DNA of 63,985 nt, filler included, from Chiloscyllium plagiosum (lineage: Eukaryota): assembly GCF_004010195.1 (NCBI RefSeq). It is 3 parts of one record of this genome, joined end to end, with 100 filler letters (N's around TTAATTAATTAA, not from the genome) between each part and the next. Parts side by side here need not be neighbours in the genome. Positions count along the whole stretch, not along the records: positions 29,328 to 59,251 come from NC_057713.1; 2 more parts are not named here. One strand, written 5' to 3'. Below the pieces are notes generated by a model. That model worked only from the letters and a program-made list of their open reading frames with translations. It was not told the origin of the DNA and ran no database searches. This document shows positions 36,736 to 50,764 of the stretch, piece after piece; the first letter of the stretch is position 1; every line of letters begins with the position of its first letter. The position numbers and the translations under genes were made by a program.

Positions 36736-38618
36736 CTAGGTCATAGATCAGCTATAATCTTACTGAGTGATAGAACAGGATTGAGGGGCTTAATGGCCTA
36801 CTCTTGCTCATATGTTCCTATGTTCTGAAGCAGTCAAACTGGGTTCACAACTTATAACCTAGATATACAAAGTAAGTAACAAATCAGTGATTAAATGTCT
36901 TGACTACTAGTATTGCAAGATACGATTGGTTTTGCTCGTGTGATCATGTTGTTGTAGGTGTAATGTGTTGTGATACTAAGACACACCAACAAAGAATGTT
37001 CCATGGTTGATCCCTTTCTTGAGTAAGAAAACTGATTTCAATCAGTGTTTGGGAACAATAAAGAGGGAAATGATAAATAGAAAGAATTGCTACAAATTTT
37101 GACTTCAATGAACAAGAGCTGAATTTTACGCTGGGACCTGATGGCCAATGACAAACATTCTGATTTTTACTAAGAAGCTCTGGTCTCAGGGAGTTTCTGG
37201 TCAATCAGAGGATAGGCAGCTGCCGTGTCCCAACAGCACAATCGGAAGCAGTGGCCATTGCTGGTGCTACAGTGATGCCAAGAGGAACGAATTCAAAATT
37301 GGTGTGGGGGTATAAGTCTGTGGTCTCATTGGGACCAGGCTGGCTGACACTCCTAAGGAAATGGACGGAGGATGGACAGTAGTATGGTTGGACAAGGTAA
37401 CGAGGGAAACATGAAGTGGGGGATTCTACATCGTGAGAAGGTGGGTGAGCATCAAAAAAGAACTCCTTAGTACCAAAGCTATGTAATTCCCAAATTCACT
37501 AAGCCTTCTCCAAACCCAACATATTTTTATCTCCTAGCAATACGGATGGTCAAGAACTATCTCTCCCTAACCAAGTCCGAGGCAATGTTAGAGGAGTGTA
37601 GGAATGAGTGTCGATGTGGGCTGGTTAAAAAACCTGCCTCACCTTTCTTAATGTTTGGGCTTGTTCACAAAAGGCAATGTTGTCAATTTATGAGTTAATC
37701 CTCTAATATACTTCAAAATCCTGTTTACAATGAAGACCTTGTGTAAGAAATTGCTTTGTTCTGAGGCAATTGAACTAATAATCAGGTAGATTTTCTGTGT
37801 GGATAGCCATTGAATACTCAACTAGCAACAGCACCTTAGGACCTTTGGGAAGTAGGATCACATCATGTCCATAATTCAGGTCATTAGATGGCTCATATGC
37901 ACTCTAGGCACAGGAACTGGAAATTGTAAAATAAACTGGAACATAGCTATAGACATTGCTGTGGTCTGTGCTGTCAAAACTCAGCCTCGGGGCTGTTGAA
38001 CTCTTCAGTGGGGGTAGATATGGAAAATTCAGACAGGATTTCTCTCTTCCCACACACTAGCATGGGAGGGCTCAACCTCTACCAAGTATAAGCGTCCATT
38101 GTTTTTAGTTGGAAGCAGTGCATGAAATATCATGAACTACAGAGAGACTTGTCATAACATTTTGCAAATCCCTTCTCTTTGCTGCAGATGAGGAATGTTC
38201 ATTTTTCAGGTCTGAGGAAATAAAAATCTATCCACATTTAACTCACAGTTAACAACTATTATTTGCATCAGATGTATCCTCATCATGTGATGGAAATGTT
38301 ATAGAATTGCTTTATTGTCTAATTTGTTTGCAATTAATTAAATCAATGTTGACACAACAATTTTCTTGACGTTTTGAAGCTCACTTTTTGGCTCAAGATC
38401 AGTTATGCTGTGTATCCTTACACCGTTACTGTTAACCACTCTTTATAGGAATATGCATGGTCATGAAAATTAGTTCAATTTTATAATATTGAGGCAAACA
38501 CACATTCTATTCTTTAAAATATGCCATTAACATGCTCACATAATTAATTAGAAGCAGTATCAACTGCTTCCTCTAGATTTCTCAGAATTTAAATGTTGGT
38601 AGTGCCTTGTTTATGCTG

Positions 38619-38814
38619 ATTTGGAGATGCCGGTGTTGGATTGGGGTGTACAAAGTTAAAAATCACACAACACCTGGTTATAGTCCAATAGGTTTAATTG
38701 GAAGCACTAGCTTTCGAAGCGCCGCTCCTCAACCACCTGATGAAGGAGCGGCGCTCTGAAAGCTAGTGCTTCCAATTAAAGCTGTTGGACTATAACCTGT
38801 GTGATTTTAAAATT
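38619..38814. mobile_element. Palindromic Penelope-derived element (family B) with 12-bp target-site duplication
   Basis: ttgtttatgctg at 38607-38618 and 38815-38826; inverted arms. Confidence 0.85.
38734..38768 (+). ncRNA. Minimal type-I hammerhead ribozyme motif (family B)
   Basis: CAC-CUGAUGA-A-GGAGC ggc GCUCU-GAAA-G-CUA-GUG; palindromic AGCU at stem III and a CUA triplet. Confidence 0.62.
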
Positions 38815-40104
38815 TTGTTTATGCTGGAATGGGATACAGAAAGCAAGCTTCAAAGTGGCAGTTTCCAAATTTTTATTACCTTGGAGAATACATGGAGAGA
38901 TGTTATTGCTGTTTCAGTGTATAAGCGTTAGGCCCTAAGAATGGTCATAAACTATCAATTATTTCAGTTAATAGGAAATGTCAGAGAATAGAAGAAATAA
39001 ATTATAAATTATTTATAATTTTCCAAGAGTCATTAGATTCAATGAATTGTGCCTTTGGCTTGGAACTTCAGTATTTAAAGAAGTAAAGAGGGAGAAACTA
39101 GAATTTATGGAGAGACAGCGTAAAATATTCCCAGAGTATTGGAGGAGGATTTGGGAAGAATGTGGTGTGACTGGATAGTAAGAAGAAACTCTTCAGCAAA
39201 ACTGATTAGTTGGGAAGCCTTTGAACAGTTTCAATGAAGCCCTCCAGCTATGACCTTTGAGAGACTGGTTCTCAAAAGACTTCAAATCAGGTAATAGTTA
39301 CAACAAAGAAAGAAGCCATTAAATGCATATGTCATGTGCTGGTCCTCTAAAATAGCAGTATATCTAATATAATTCAGCTGTCTTTTCACTATAACCCTGA
39401 ATTTGTTTTCCTCTTCAGATAATGCTCAAATTCCTTTTTGAAAGCCTCAATTGACACTGCGTCCATAATACCCTCAGACAAAGTATAGTTGGTTATATTC
39501 ACGAGCTACATGCAAAGGTTATTCCTCATGTAAGCCCTTGCTTCCACCAGTGTCTAGAAAGTTAGACTCATTTCTGTGGAAACAGTGGAGGTGTTCCACG
39601 ACGTGGTCGTAAAATCAGCACTTGGTCCCACTAATGTAGCAGAAACTACATTATAAAGAGCAAATACAATAGATTAGATTGAAATAAGTACGCATGAATT
39701 GCTGGAACAAGGAACATCTGTAAAGGCAAACTGGTTGACCAAACTGCTGAATTAAAACAAATTTCATGTAAGCCCTGGACTGTGTGCTCTATATATGCCC
39801 TAAAATGATCTGTAATTTTTACCCCAAAGTCCTTTCTCTGCACTAATTGTGAATTCCATGATCTTTCGTTTGCTATTTAATTTTCAGCTGCCAAACATCT
39901 ATTGCTGCACAGAGTTGGCAACATTTTACTGGTATGCAATTTCTTTGCTGTGAACAGCCATTTTCCTTTGTTTGCAAATCTGTATAAAGCAAAGCCTTTC
40001 TAATTCAATGTACTTACCTTGGGAGTCCTAATAAGAGGAGCATGCTGTCTCAATAAACAAGAAAGGTCTTCTTGCTTCAGTGGCACATTCCTAACTAAGT
40101 TGAT

Positions 40105-40235
40105 AAGTTCCTGATGAAGGGCTTAAGTTCGAAATGTCAAGTCTCCTGCTCTTCAGGTGCTACCTGACCTGCTGTGCTTTTCCAGCACCACACTCTCGAC
40201 TTTGATTTCCAGCACCTGTAGTCCTCACTTTCTCG
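40105..40235 (+). mobile_element. Solo Penelope pLTR (family A), degenerate
   Basis: ctgatgaagggcttaagttcgaaatgtc..gacctgctgtgcttttccagc. Confidence 0.75.
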
Positions 40236-42102
40236 AAGTTGGTAGGTTCCTAACTATGATATTAGGGGTACGTTAACCTATTCTGTATTCCATTAGTAAA
40301 TTGGAAGATTTCATACCAATCAGTCATTTAAAAAGGTTTCCTTCACAATTATTTTAGCCTAGATGTAAAGGCAATACATGAGAAGAATTAAAACTTTTTT
40401 TCATTAAGTTGAAGCATTTAAAATTTCTGTATTTCCCAATCCTGTGTTGGTTAACATATGTCATTTGACGTGACCCACATACTTCTGCGCACAGCTTTAC
40501 AGGAAAATTGTAGATGACACATTAGGTGAGAATTCATTCAAATTAGGTCCATGCAATGCAAATATTTACCAAAACTTCAATTCAATAGTTTATTATTTTC
40601 TTTTTGGGGAAAGACATAAAAATGAAAATATGTGTTTAAGGTAACCATTTATTCTTTTCCATAAGACCATAGGAACTATAAGACCATAAGCCATTCAATA
40701 GGTCCATGACACATCATTCCTCACGTCCACTTTCCTACATTTACCCGTAAACCTTGATTCCCTACTGATCAAGAATCTTAAATATTGACAAAGGCTCTAC
40801 CCCTACAGCTATCTGTGGCAAGGATTTTCAAAGACTCACACAACCGCTGAGAGAAGAAATTTCTCCTCTTCTCAATCTTTAATTCTGAGCCTACAGATAA
40901 AAGAATGTTAGCCTGCATCCTGGAATACTAATCCCTCAGAAGTACATCGCACCATCTTTCTGAGGACAAATACCTTTCATTTTACACACAGGCTCAATCC
41001 CTACTTAAACTAGTTAGAATGTACAGAAACAGGGCCAGGCTTATCATGCAGAAGGAATAGAATCTCAGTTGTGAAATTTGTTTAATGAAGCGTATCCCAT
41101 TCTATATGTAATGTCGGAAACTAGGTCACTTTGATCCATAATTTTCAAGCTGGTTCTAAGTTGATGACAAATTGTTTGACTCTAAATATATATGGGCAAT
41201 GATTTATTCTGTTCGCGATGGCAAAGCATGTCAGCCAAAGCAATGTCCTCTGTCGCTTCTTTTGACCTTCCAGTGATTGTAAAAGTAAGTGGTCTATAGT
41301 GCAGGGAGAGGCAAGATGAGAAGCAGTCCTACACCATGACCATGCTTGTGGGTGTGGTGGAGCATTTGAATTTTTGGCAAGTGTCCTGAATGATAGAATT
41401 TATTGGTTGGTGAGTATTGAATGTGTGGCTAATTGAGTAGTGCTTGAGATTAAAGGTACAATTGGTAAGATAAAACATTTGAAGATGATTCAATGACTTT
41501 GACCACTCGTGTGAAAGCATTGAACTTAATGCGGCACTGGATTCAGGACTTTATCGCTGTTTCACTGTTTGATACAAGTCAAATTCACTTCCTATCAGCA
41601 CTTGATCCAAACACAATGCATAACCCTTTAAGAGTTAGAATCATAGAATCTCCACAGTGTGGAAACTGGCCATTTGGCCCAACAAGTCCACACCAACCCT
41701 CTGAAGAGTATCCCACCCAGACTCAGTCTTCTACCCTATTACCTTACATTTCCAGTGACTAAAGGAATAAAATTTTAAAGAAATCTGTAGGTTTGTCTAC
41801 CTTAGGCCAGATGGATAAAGTGATTGGGTGACCCTCACTGTGAAAGTCCAAACAGAAATTTGAAGTTATCTGGTTGGGAAAGGAGAAACAATTGAAGCCA
41901 GTGGGAACTGCGAATAATTTTGGACTGATATCTGAAGAATGAAAGTTCCACTTAAGGGACAGAATCAAGTATCATTATCAAGGTGATTTTCAGTTGTTTC
42001 AAATATTTTTTAAGCTAAAGGTAACCATTTTTTTTGGCTGCATATATCAAAAATTGTAATATCCTAGGACTGCATGATTAATTTATTGCTTAACACTGGT
42101 TT

Positions 42103-42454
42103 GGGTGGCACGGTGGCTTAGTGGTTAACATTGCTGCCTCACAACGCCTGGGACCCTGGGCTTGATTCCAGCCTCAGATTGCTGTCTGTGTGGCATTTGC
42201 ACATTCTCCCCGTGTCTGTGTGGGTTTCCTCTGGGTGCTCTGGTTTCACCCCACAGTCTAAAGATGTGCAGGTTAGGTGAATTGGCCATGCTAATTTGCC
42301 CATAGTGTTCAGGGATGTGTAGGTTAGCTGCATTGGTCAGGGGTAAATATAGGATAACAGAGTAGGGGAATGGGTCTGGGTGGGTGACTCTTCCGAGGTT
42401 CTATGTGGACTTGTTGGACGGAAGGGCCTGTTTCGACACTGTAGGAATTCTATG
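42103..42454 (+). mobile_element. HE1-type V-SINE, full length
   Basis: tRNA head, V-domain and tail ending gtaggaattctatg. Confidence 0.92.
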
Positions 42455-43385
42455 TAGCAAATGCTCTGGATCACGGCTGTGAGAATGGACTCTAGTATTT
42501 CCTCCATTACTGATGTTAAACTAACTACTCTGCTTTTTTCTCTCCCTCGTTTTTTAAATAGTGGGGTTATATTTGCCACCCATCAGCCTGTAGGAATTGC
42601 TCCAGAGTGTATTGAAGGTTAGAAGAAAACCTCCAATGCATATAATGTATCCAGGACCACCTCCTTCAGTACTCTGATGTAGATTAATTTGTGATTTGTT
42701 AGCCTTTAACCCCATTAATTCCCCAGTACTATTTTCTTACTCATATTGATTTCCCTAAGCCTAACCAAAGCGATTGGTTTGCTAACATTTCTATGCAGAG
42801 GGACTCGGTCGACCTTTTGCATGAATCACAAAATGTTGGTTCATAGATGCAGAAGGTATATGATGGTAAAAGGAATACTATCCTTCGTTGTTAAAGGGAT
42901 GGAGTTTAAAAATAAGCAAGTTATGCTGCAGCTGTATAGAGTACTGGTGAGGCTACACCTGCAGTATTGTGTACGGTTTTGGTCTCCTTACTTGAGAAAG
43001 GATGTACTGTCACTGAGGGGGTGCAGAGGAGTTTCATTAGGTTGATTCCAGAGTTGAGAGGATTGACTAATGAGTGGAGATTGAGTAGATTGGGACTATA
43101 CTCATTGGAATTTAGAAGAATGAGGGGGTTCTTCTAGAACATATAAAATTATGAAGGGAATAGATATCATAGAAGCAGGGAGGTTGTTTCTACTCGCGGG
43201 TGAAACTAGAACTAGAGGGCCTAGCCTCAAAATAAGGGAATACAAATTTAGGACAGAATTGAGGAGTAACTTCTTCACCCAAAGGGTTGTGAATCTGTAA
43301 ATTCCCTGCCTAGTGAAGCAGTTGAAGCTTCCTCATTGAATGTTTTAATGGCACAGATACATAGATTTTTGAACAGTAAAGGAAG
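42455..43385. mobile_element. CR1 fragments: upstream part on minus (42455-42780), RT C-terminus on plus (42790-43385)
   Basis: ANITPLFKK on -; QLYRVLVRLHLQYCVRFWSPYLRKD on +. Confidence 0.82.
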
Positions 43386-44442
43386 CAAAAGCACTAAGAG
43401 AAAGAAAAGAAGAAGTATGTAGCATAAATGTGAGGATAGTTAGCAGTTATACTGCAGTAATATTGAAGAGCTAAAGAAAGAGGTAGGAGTATGAGCTGAT
43501 AAGGCAGTGGATGAGGTTTTTGGGTGTACATATAAGTTAATTCATCAAAGGAGAGTTGGGTCGCTGTCGTCCAAGATTCCAACATGGTGACCAGCTGAGC
43601 TTTGCTTAAGCAGAATCTATTTTGATAGGTTCATTGTATAAATCATACCTCAAGCAAGCAGCAATAGTCTCAAGCAAGAGAAGGTGGAATGCATTACCAT
43701 TGTTACCCTGATGAGGTTTGCTGGAAGATTTTTGGCAGTATTTCACAATCCTGGGGGTGGGGTATATGAGAGATGAGCATGGTGAAAGAAGTGAGAGAGA
43801 GTGATGGTGCTATCAGTAGCCACACCTTGCAGTACAATGGAAGTGGTACAGTGACATACCAAGCTGATTTGCTGGCATTCATATGCAAAACTCTTTCTCT
43901 CTCTTCTGATTTCAATTCCACTGAGAAGTGCCTGGAGACTAAGTTGATAAAGTCCCTGCTATTTCATGCGGTACACTCTTTTCCTTTACTACTTTGGGAT
44001 GCTAATACACTGCCTTGCTTTACTTCTTGTTGCAAGTGTACCTGCAGTCAATACAATTTTTGGATAGTGGGGTGAAACATTGATGAAACATGCAGCAAAT
44101 CTGAGGTTCAAGTGAACTTTGAACTGAGGTTCAATTTACATTCTAGCTATTGCCGAAGTCATTACAAAAGTTTTACTCCAATTTTCATGTACGACGGTTA
44201 ACTATACTTGTTTTGTAAGGAATTTATAGCAATGATATTCTTCTAAGCTCACCCAATAGATTCTTGTGTAACTATGTCTCCATCAACCACAAATTGCTTT
44301 TCATGGAAGCCAGAGCAACGATAAAGAAATTCACTGCTATGGAGGGTTAGCAGGCCAGATTATCAGAGTAGTGATAATTTCAGTCAGATTTTTATCTCAT
44401 TTGATGTATGTGAAGGTTTTTGGGTGTACAAAGCAACAGAAT

Positions 44443-45380
44443 TGTTACGCTTTTGGAAACTTCACGATATTGGCTGATTCCAATACAAACAACTTGGCTT
44501 GACCATGGATCATAATTCAAGTTCACCTATGGACATAGTGAACAAAGCATGGATTTGTTTTAAAAGGAGATGCACCAAAAGATGAGTGTGGATATATTCA
44601 ATAGCTGTGTGGTTAACGAACCATGGAATGCTGCATCTGAAGGTATCATGGAAGTTTCAAATAGAGAAATGCAGTACCAACTGAACTGTAATCTCTTATG
44701 ATTATCTCAGATTGTGAATGTGATGGGAGAAAAGACAGCAAGAGATATCTTTGAGTTTTCCCCTTTCAAGAAATCACAGGAACAGGGGTTAAAAGTGAGC
44801 TGAACTACTTGAGCATACTAGCTTTTGATCAAGCACTAATCACAGTCAAAGGACCATCTATTAGTCTCCAAATAAAGAGTTCTTCCACTCTGAATGCTGG
44901 AAACCAGCCAACAAGCCAGTCAAAAGGAAACAGAACAAAAGAAAGACTTCTCTTGTAGAACGTTGGAAGCCAGTCAACAGGAAATAGGACAAATGATACT
45001 CAATTAACCTGCAAAGCCAAGCATCATGAAGTTGATTGATCAACTACCAATCTTTCACAATCTGCCCGTCATGAACAATCTAGACACTGTTCTGTATACT
45101 TTTAAATTTTGCCTTTTTAATACTCATTTCCTTTTTTCAATCTATGTATCTACACATTGCTCCATTATTTATAAAACTAATAAACATACTCTTCTGTGAG
45201 ATTATAGTCTAGTTATATTGGCTCATTTTGCAACATAAATTCTTTTGGATCTAGGAGATAAATATCTACAAGGGAAGGGACCCTTTGTAAATCAATCTTG
45301 TGACCAACTAAGTGTTGTGTAAATGACCAAGGTGAGCAAGTTTACACCATCTCACCCAGAAGCTTAACAGTTTGGGGTAT
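44443..45380 (+). mobile_element. Possible old LTR
   Basis: Begins TGTTAC, contains AATAAA (45179-45184) and ends TAACA followed by a PBS-like gtttggggtatcc; highly degenerate. Confidence 0.35.
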
Positions 45381-48059
45381 CCAATCTGCTTCTGTTCTAA
45401 TTAGCTTTGGTGTAACCAACTGAAGGGTGGGTGAGTAATGGAAGGGAGTTGCGTTCTCACACAGAAGCTTTACTGAGTATTTCATCTGAGACTGTAATAA
45501 ATTGAGAAACCTTACCCAGGACAGATTGTAACAAGTGTTAGATTTAAATCACAATGTCACTCATGTTCATTTATGATCCCTGCCAATCCATTACTGACTC
45601 TAAACCAGTCTCAACTCCTGAGGGTGTTCGCTTCTTCGAATAACACAAGTAGTCGCCATTTCTACTATGTCACTGCCACCAAATTCATTGGAATTTTTAT
45701 GGAACAAAAAGACCGTCAGTTTCATTGCGTAAATGGGATTGGTTCAGTGGTTTCTGGTCATTGAATTACTTATTTTCCATAATTGCATTTTAAAATTTAC
45801 TGAATGCCTTAACTTACCATCAACACTAAGCTTAGGCCTCATTTTAAAAATAGTTCAATGAAGAAAATTGACCATCTATTGGTTGCTAAAGATCTGCTGA
45901 GGAATATGGCTTTTAATACGATTCACGCTATATAGTTTCCTAATGTACAACTCAGTCAAATGTTCAGCCTTGTAATTATATATGTAAGGATCTAATGCCT
46001 GGTAAATGATCTGAGCCAATACTCAATCATAAATGTTTTAGGAATTCAAGACAATGGTCCTTGAAGTTGAGAGTATTGTGTTATTTTGTGATCACAAAAT
46101 GAATATTGACATAATCCTATTTCAACACGAAAATATTAATGATGAACCAACTGATAAGAATATTGGTATCATAATTCAGATTTTCAGATTTTCATCTGAC
46201 ATGTTTACTAAAATATGACTTTGATCGTTGTTAACTGCTTTCTGTTCAGCTCAGAATATTGCATTACCTGCATTCCAATCCATTCATGCACTGATCTCTC
46301 AGATGAGGATATTGTTAATGATGTTATCCACATGAATCAATCAATAGATTAGATAGTTGCATGCCATCGCACAGATTATTTGTTTTTATGAAACCTTAAC
46401 GCATAAGATCATAACAAATCAGCAAAAATAGGCCATTTATCCCAATGGATTAATTGTGTCAGGGGATTCATTCATCACAACAGGGCATATTTGAATGCAG
46501 TTGATTGACCAGAGTAAGGGCTTTTTATACTTTTGGTTGTCCTCACCAGCTGCCTCAAAGTTGCCATACAAGTAGCCATTGGAGAATGGCTACCACAATG
46601 AGGCCAAACTCTGCAGGTTTATATTGTCATTAGCATTGGAGGGATGGGGTATGGGTGCAAATGAAAAACATAGTTTTATTTTTAATCTTATCAAGCATCA
46701 CAGGATAGTTAATTGTTCGTTCTGTGACTGATTTAGTAAATGTTGAGGTCACTGAAAATTTAAGCAACCCTTAGGTGGTCAAAACAATGTGCATGTTCTT
46801 TGCATGTCACATTACTATAGGTTAAATGATGTAAAGTAAATTGTATGATGAAAATTCACTTATCTATGTAGCGTAGAAACATGTGAAACGAATGTGGACT
46901 AGGGTTAAGATTCCAGCCATTCTGCTCAAACATTTCACAATATGAAGGAATAGGAAACAGACTTAGGTGAGCAACAGCTGGAGATTTTCTCCATCTCAAT
47001 GTACCTGACTGGACTGGAAATTCAAACCTATTTAATTAACTACTTAAGTACATTAATTGGTTTAAAGCCATTTCCTTGACCTACCTTTAGGTCACAGCTG
47101 CTAATCTTGGCCTTGTTGGCTTGATGTCAATATGTGAGTTACCTCAGGACATTAAGAATATTAGGTAAATGCAGGTTGTTATTGCTTTCAGAGTACAAAT
47201 AATAGGATGTTATTGAATTCATAGTCCTTTTCCACAGCCATAATAATGTAGTTTGAAAGTGCATTACCTACAGCACTTCAAGAGTCCTGCTTTGCACAAT
47301 GACTTGGGCAAGAGGAATGGAGAATGGACTCTGTCAATTGAAATAAGTAATCAGTGAAAGCTTGTCACATTTATTCCCACATTCAGGATGCAACCAGCTG
47401 CAGAACTGGCCATCAGAATCAGAACAAAGACAATCATAGCATTGCATGTTAATGAGAAGCTATGCTCAAAGCCTGCTGTGTACACGAAATGCTAATGCTG
47501 AGACAGACAAATATATTGTCAATGATCAAATCACATAGTTGGTTCTGACACACAATCTGACCCAGTTCTCAGCTAGAGTTTTTGAGACAGAAAAGAGTTT
47601 GCATTTTAAAACATCCTTATTTTGCTGTTCCCAGAATAAAGGAAGATATAGATGCAATATCATAGGCCAATATGGAGGTCAATTAGTTAATTACATATTA
47701 TTGGTTCTTTGTTAAAGTAACACAAAAACATTGCCCCACTTTCTTTCCAAAGATTTGTTTCTTTCTCTGCCTCAACTATTTACCGATTTTTTTCCTTAAT
47801 ATTGCTTTCTGTCTGGAAAGCTCCTATGGCAAACCATCTCATGTCCCATCAACCATCTGTGTAAAGAAATATTTTTATCCTCTTGTTGTGTGTCATGTCT
47901 TGAAGATGTACTGTGCTGACACACTTAGTTTTATGTATACAGAGTTTTATTTACAGTATTTTTAAAATTACTGCCTTCCTGCATTCTGAGAACAATCAAA
48001 CGCTCAACAATTAAATAACTAAAGACTAAAAGCTTGCCTCAGTGAAGATTTTAAATTGA

Positions 48060-48500
48060 TGGCCTCTCAATAATGAAAGTTGAATGTCTGGAGGCACTGG
48101 ATACTGCAAAAGACATACATCCCATCAACATTTGGCCAAAATAATGAAGACATTTTCCAGAGCTAACTTAGACAAGTTGGTCTAATACAGTTAAATACTG
48201 ATATCTACCTGACGAAGTGGATAATTTTCCAGATGTGCTCTATCCAAAGGAGGAGATATCCATCCCAGTCAATTACAGTCACATCAGTCTATTCTTAATC
48301 ATCAGCAAAGTGATAGAAGATGTCATCATCAGTTCTATCAAGCAGCATTGAACTCACCAGTAACCAGCTCACTGGCACTCAAGTTGGGTTCTGATAGACT
48401 CATTCAGCTCTTGTTTTTGTTCAAACAAAGACAAAATTACTGACCTCAAGAGGGGAACTGAGGATGATGCATGTAACATCAAGATAACTATACGTGGCAT
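48060..48500 (+). mobile_element. Ancient LINE RT remnant (CR1/L2 type)
   Basis: Degenerate NYSHISLFLIISKVIE followed by a Q.GF motif. Confidence 0.6.
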
Positions 48501-50189
48501 CAATTATTGTGATGTGTCACACAGCTAGTGCAGTATACCTTTTAGAGACATACTAATAGTATCTTCTCTGTACCACATCATGAGGGCATGAAGTGAAGTG
48601 AGGGCATGAAGGTCTTAGTCTCTAAATTAACAGAGGTCAAATGAACCATGAGATGCTAATTAAAACATACTGCTCTTTGTAACCAAATAGCTTAGTTTTA
48701 AACCAGGCACAATATTGCCTATATTTATATATACTACATTACACATGCCAAGTTCTAATGTGACAGGAGCTATCATAAGGATTGCCCATCAGGTACAAAC
48801 ACTCTGCTGGAGGCAAAAGTTCCATCGAGGTGCCAAATTATGGTGGCAGCATAACGATAAGCAGCAGTGGCTGCTTGTAAAATGTCCAAGAAACATGGAA
48901 ACCTAACTGAAGATTAGCTCGACCACAGGCCTGCTATCAAAGAAAACTGTAAATATCAATTTATGTTAGAAGAGCCTGCAGATTAAACAGTTAGGTGGCA
49001 GACTTAATTTCATTCTGCTTAACATTTAGGTTCCATCAAGGAATATGCCCCACCATTCTTTTAATAAAAGTCAACTAACAGCCTACTTTCTGATTCAAAA
49101 GTGAAACCGCAGTCAAAGGCATCTTATAGTTCAAATGCAGAGTGCTTGATTTTAAAAAAATCATAGCTTTATAAACGCTAAAACGTCTTTTTTAGACTAT
49201 GAAAGCTTATCTATGTGTAGGGGTCAGTGAGTTCCACCATTTTACCTCTGCAACAGCACTAATACAGAAGGAAGCCCATTTCTTATTTGGTATGAACATC
49301 TAACAGCAGAAGCCAGGCTGCAGACCTTTATTTATTAAAGGAATAGCTTTACACAATGAGGGTTGAGGCAGAGAGAGGTGATCCCTTTTGTTCAGCATCC
49401 CATGTCTCACTGAAGGCTTCTCTAACAGAAAAGGCTGCCTCCACTTGATTACCTTCCCAACATGGCCTCTAGATCAACATATCTCCAACTTAACAGATCC
49501 TGCTTGACCAGGCCCAACAATCCTGAGTCACTTGCCTACTTCTCCATCGCTGACTTGGTCTGGAACTGGTTGCAATGCTAACAGGGGCCATCTCTTCCAG
49601 TGGTGCTACTGGAACTGAGAATTGCCAGCCCTTGATTGACTGGGGACCCTTAGAGAAAGGACATCCTGAGAGTCAGGAATATGTGGAAGCCATGAACTCA
49701 GGCTCCTAATTGCTTGAGCCATGCAAAACAATGTTATGGCTTCTAGGTGTAGTGGAGTCTGGCTTGCTCTCAGGAAGTTATACACAAGTTCAACATATAA
49801 TCAAGGCAAATACTTCAATACAGTGTTGTGTGAGTGCTATAAGCAATGCCTCATCTGAATGTTTAGGTGGCTATAAAAGGTCTTATGGCACTATTATTGG
49901 AAGGGAATTTCCTTTTTATTCTCATCATCGCTTTATCCCTTAAGCAATGTTTCAAAAGCAGGTTAAGAGTCAGTTATCTCTTTAACGTGCCATTGATGAC
50001 AAAGTACCTTGGGGACTTCAAAGGGATTCTTGGGAAAGCACTAAATAAATATAAGTTCTTTTTACTTGCAACTTGCCGCTCAAAATCCCTCAAAATCGTA
50101 GTTGCCTAAACCATCTTCTTCATTCCCTTTTCTCTTCTACTCAATGTACTGTTTAATAAGATTCTAAATCCCATTTAATAACTTAGTTA

Positions 50190-50410
50190 ATAAAAGCAAA
50201 ATACTGCAGATGCTGGAAATCTGAAACATTCACAGAGAATGCTGGAGGAACTTAACAGGTCTGACAGCATCTGTGGATAGAGAAACTGAGTTAATGTTTC
50301 AAGTCTAGTTACTGAAGAAAAATCATGCCGGACTTGAAACATTAACCCTATTTCTCTCCACAGATGCTTCCAGATATAATGAGCTTTCCCAGCATTCTCT
50401 GTTTTTTTTT
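50190..50410. mobile_element. Palindromic Penelope-derived short element (third family)
   Basis: Inverted arms cagagaatgctgg..gttaatgtttcaagtc and gacttgaaacattaac..ccagcattctctg with a ctgaagaa..gaaac remnant. Confidence 0.65.
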
Positions 50411-50420
50411 CTGATGAGTT

Positions 50421-50764
50421 GGAGAGGCATTGTGGCTCAGTGGTTAGCACTGCTGCCTCACAGCGCCAGGGACCTGGGTTCAATTCCAGCCTCGGGTGAC
50501 TGTCTGTGTGGAATTTGCACATTCTCTCCATGTCTGTATGGGTTTCTTCTGGTTGCACCAGTTTCCTCCCACAGTCCAAAGATGTGCAGGTTAGGTGAGT
50601 TGGCCATGCTAAATTGCCCATAGTGTTCAGTGATGTGTAGGTTAGGTGTATTAGTCAGGGTAAATGTAGAGTAATGGGGAATGGATTGGATGGGATACTC
50701 TTTGGAGAGTTGGTGTGAACTTGTAGGGCTGAAGGGCCTGTTTCCACACTGTAGGAATTCTATG
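50421..50764 (+). mobile_element. HE1-type V-SINE, full length
   Basis: GTGGCTCAGTGGTTAGC A-box, GGTTCAATTCC B-box and V-domain. Confidence 0.92.

Noticed and set aside
50421..50495. tRNA-like sequence with A and B boxes
   Set aside because: Head of an HE1-type SINE rather than a tRNA gene; the same applies to the other SINE copies.
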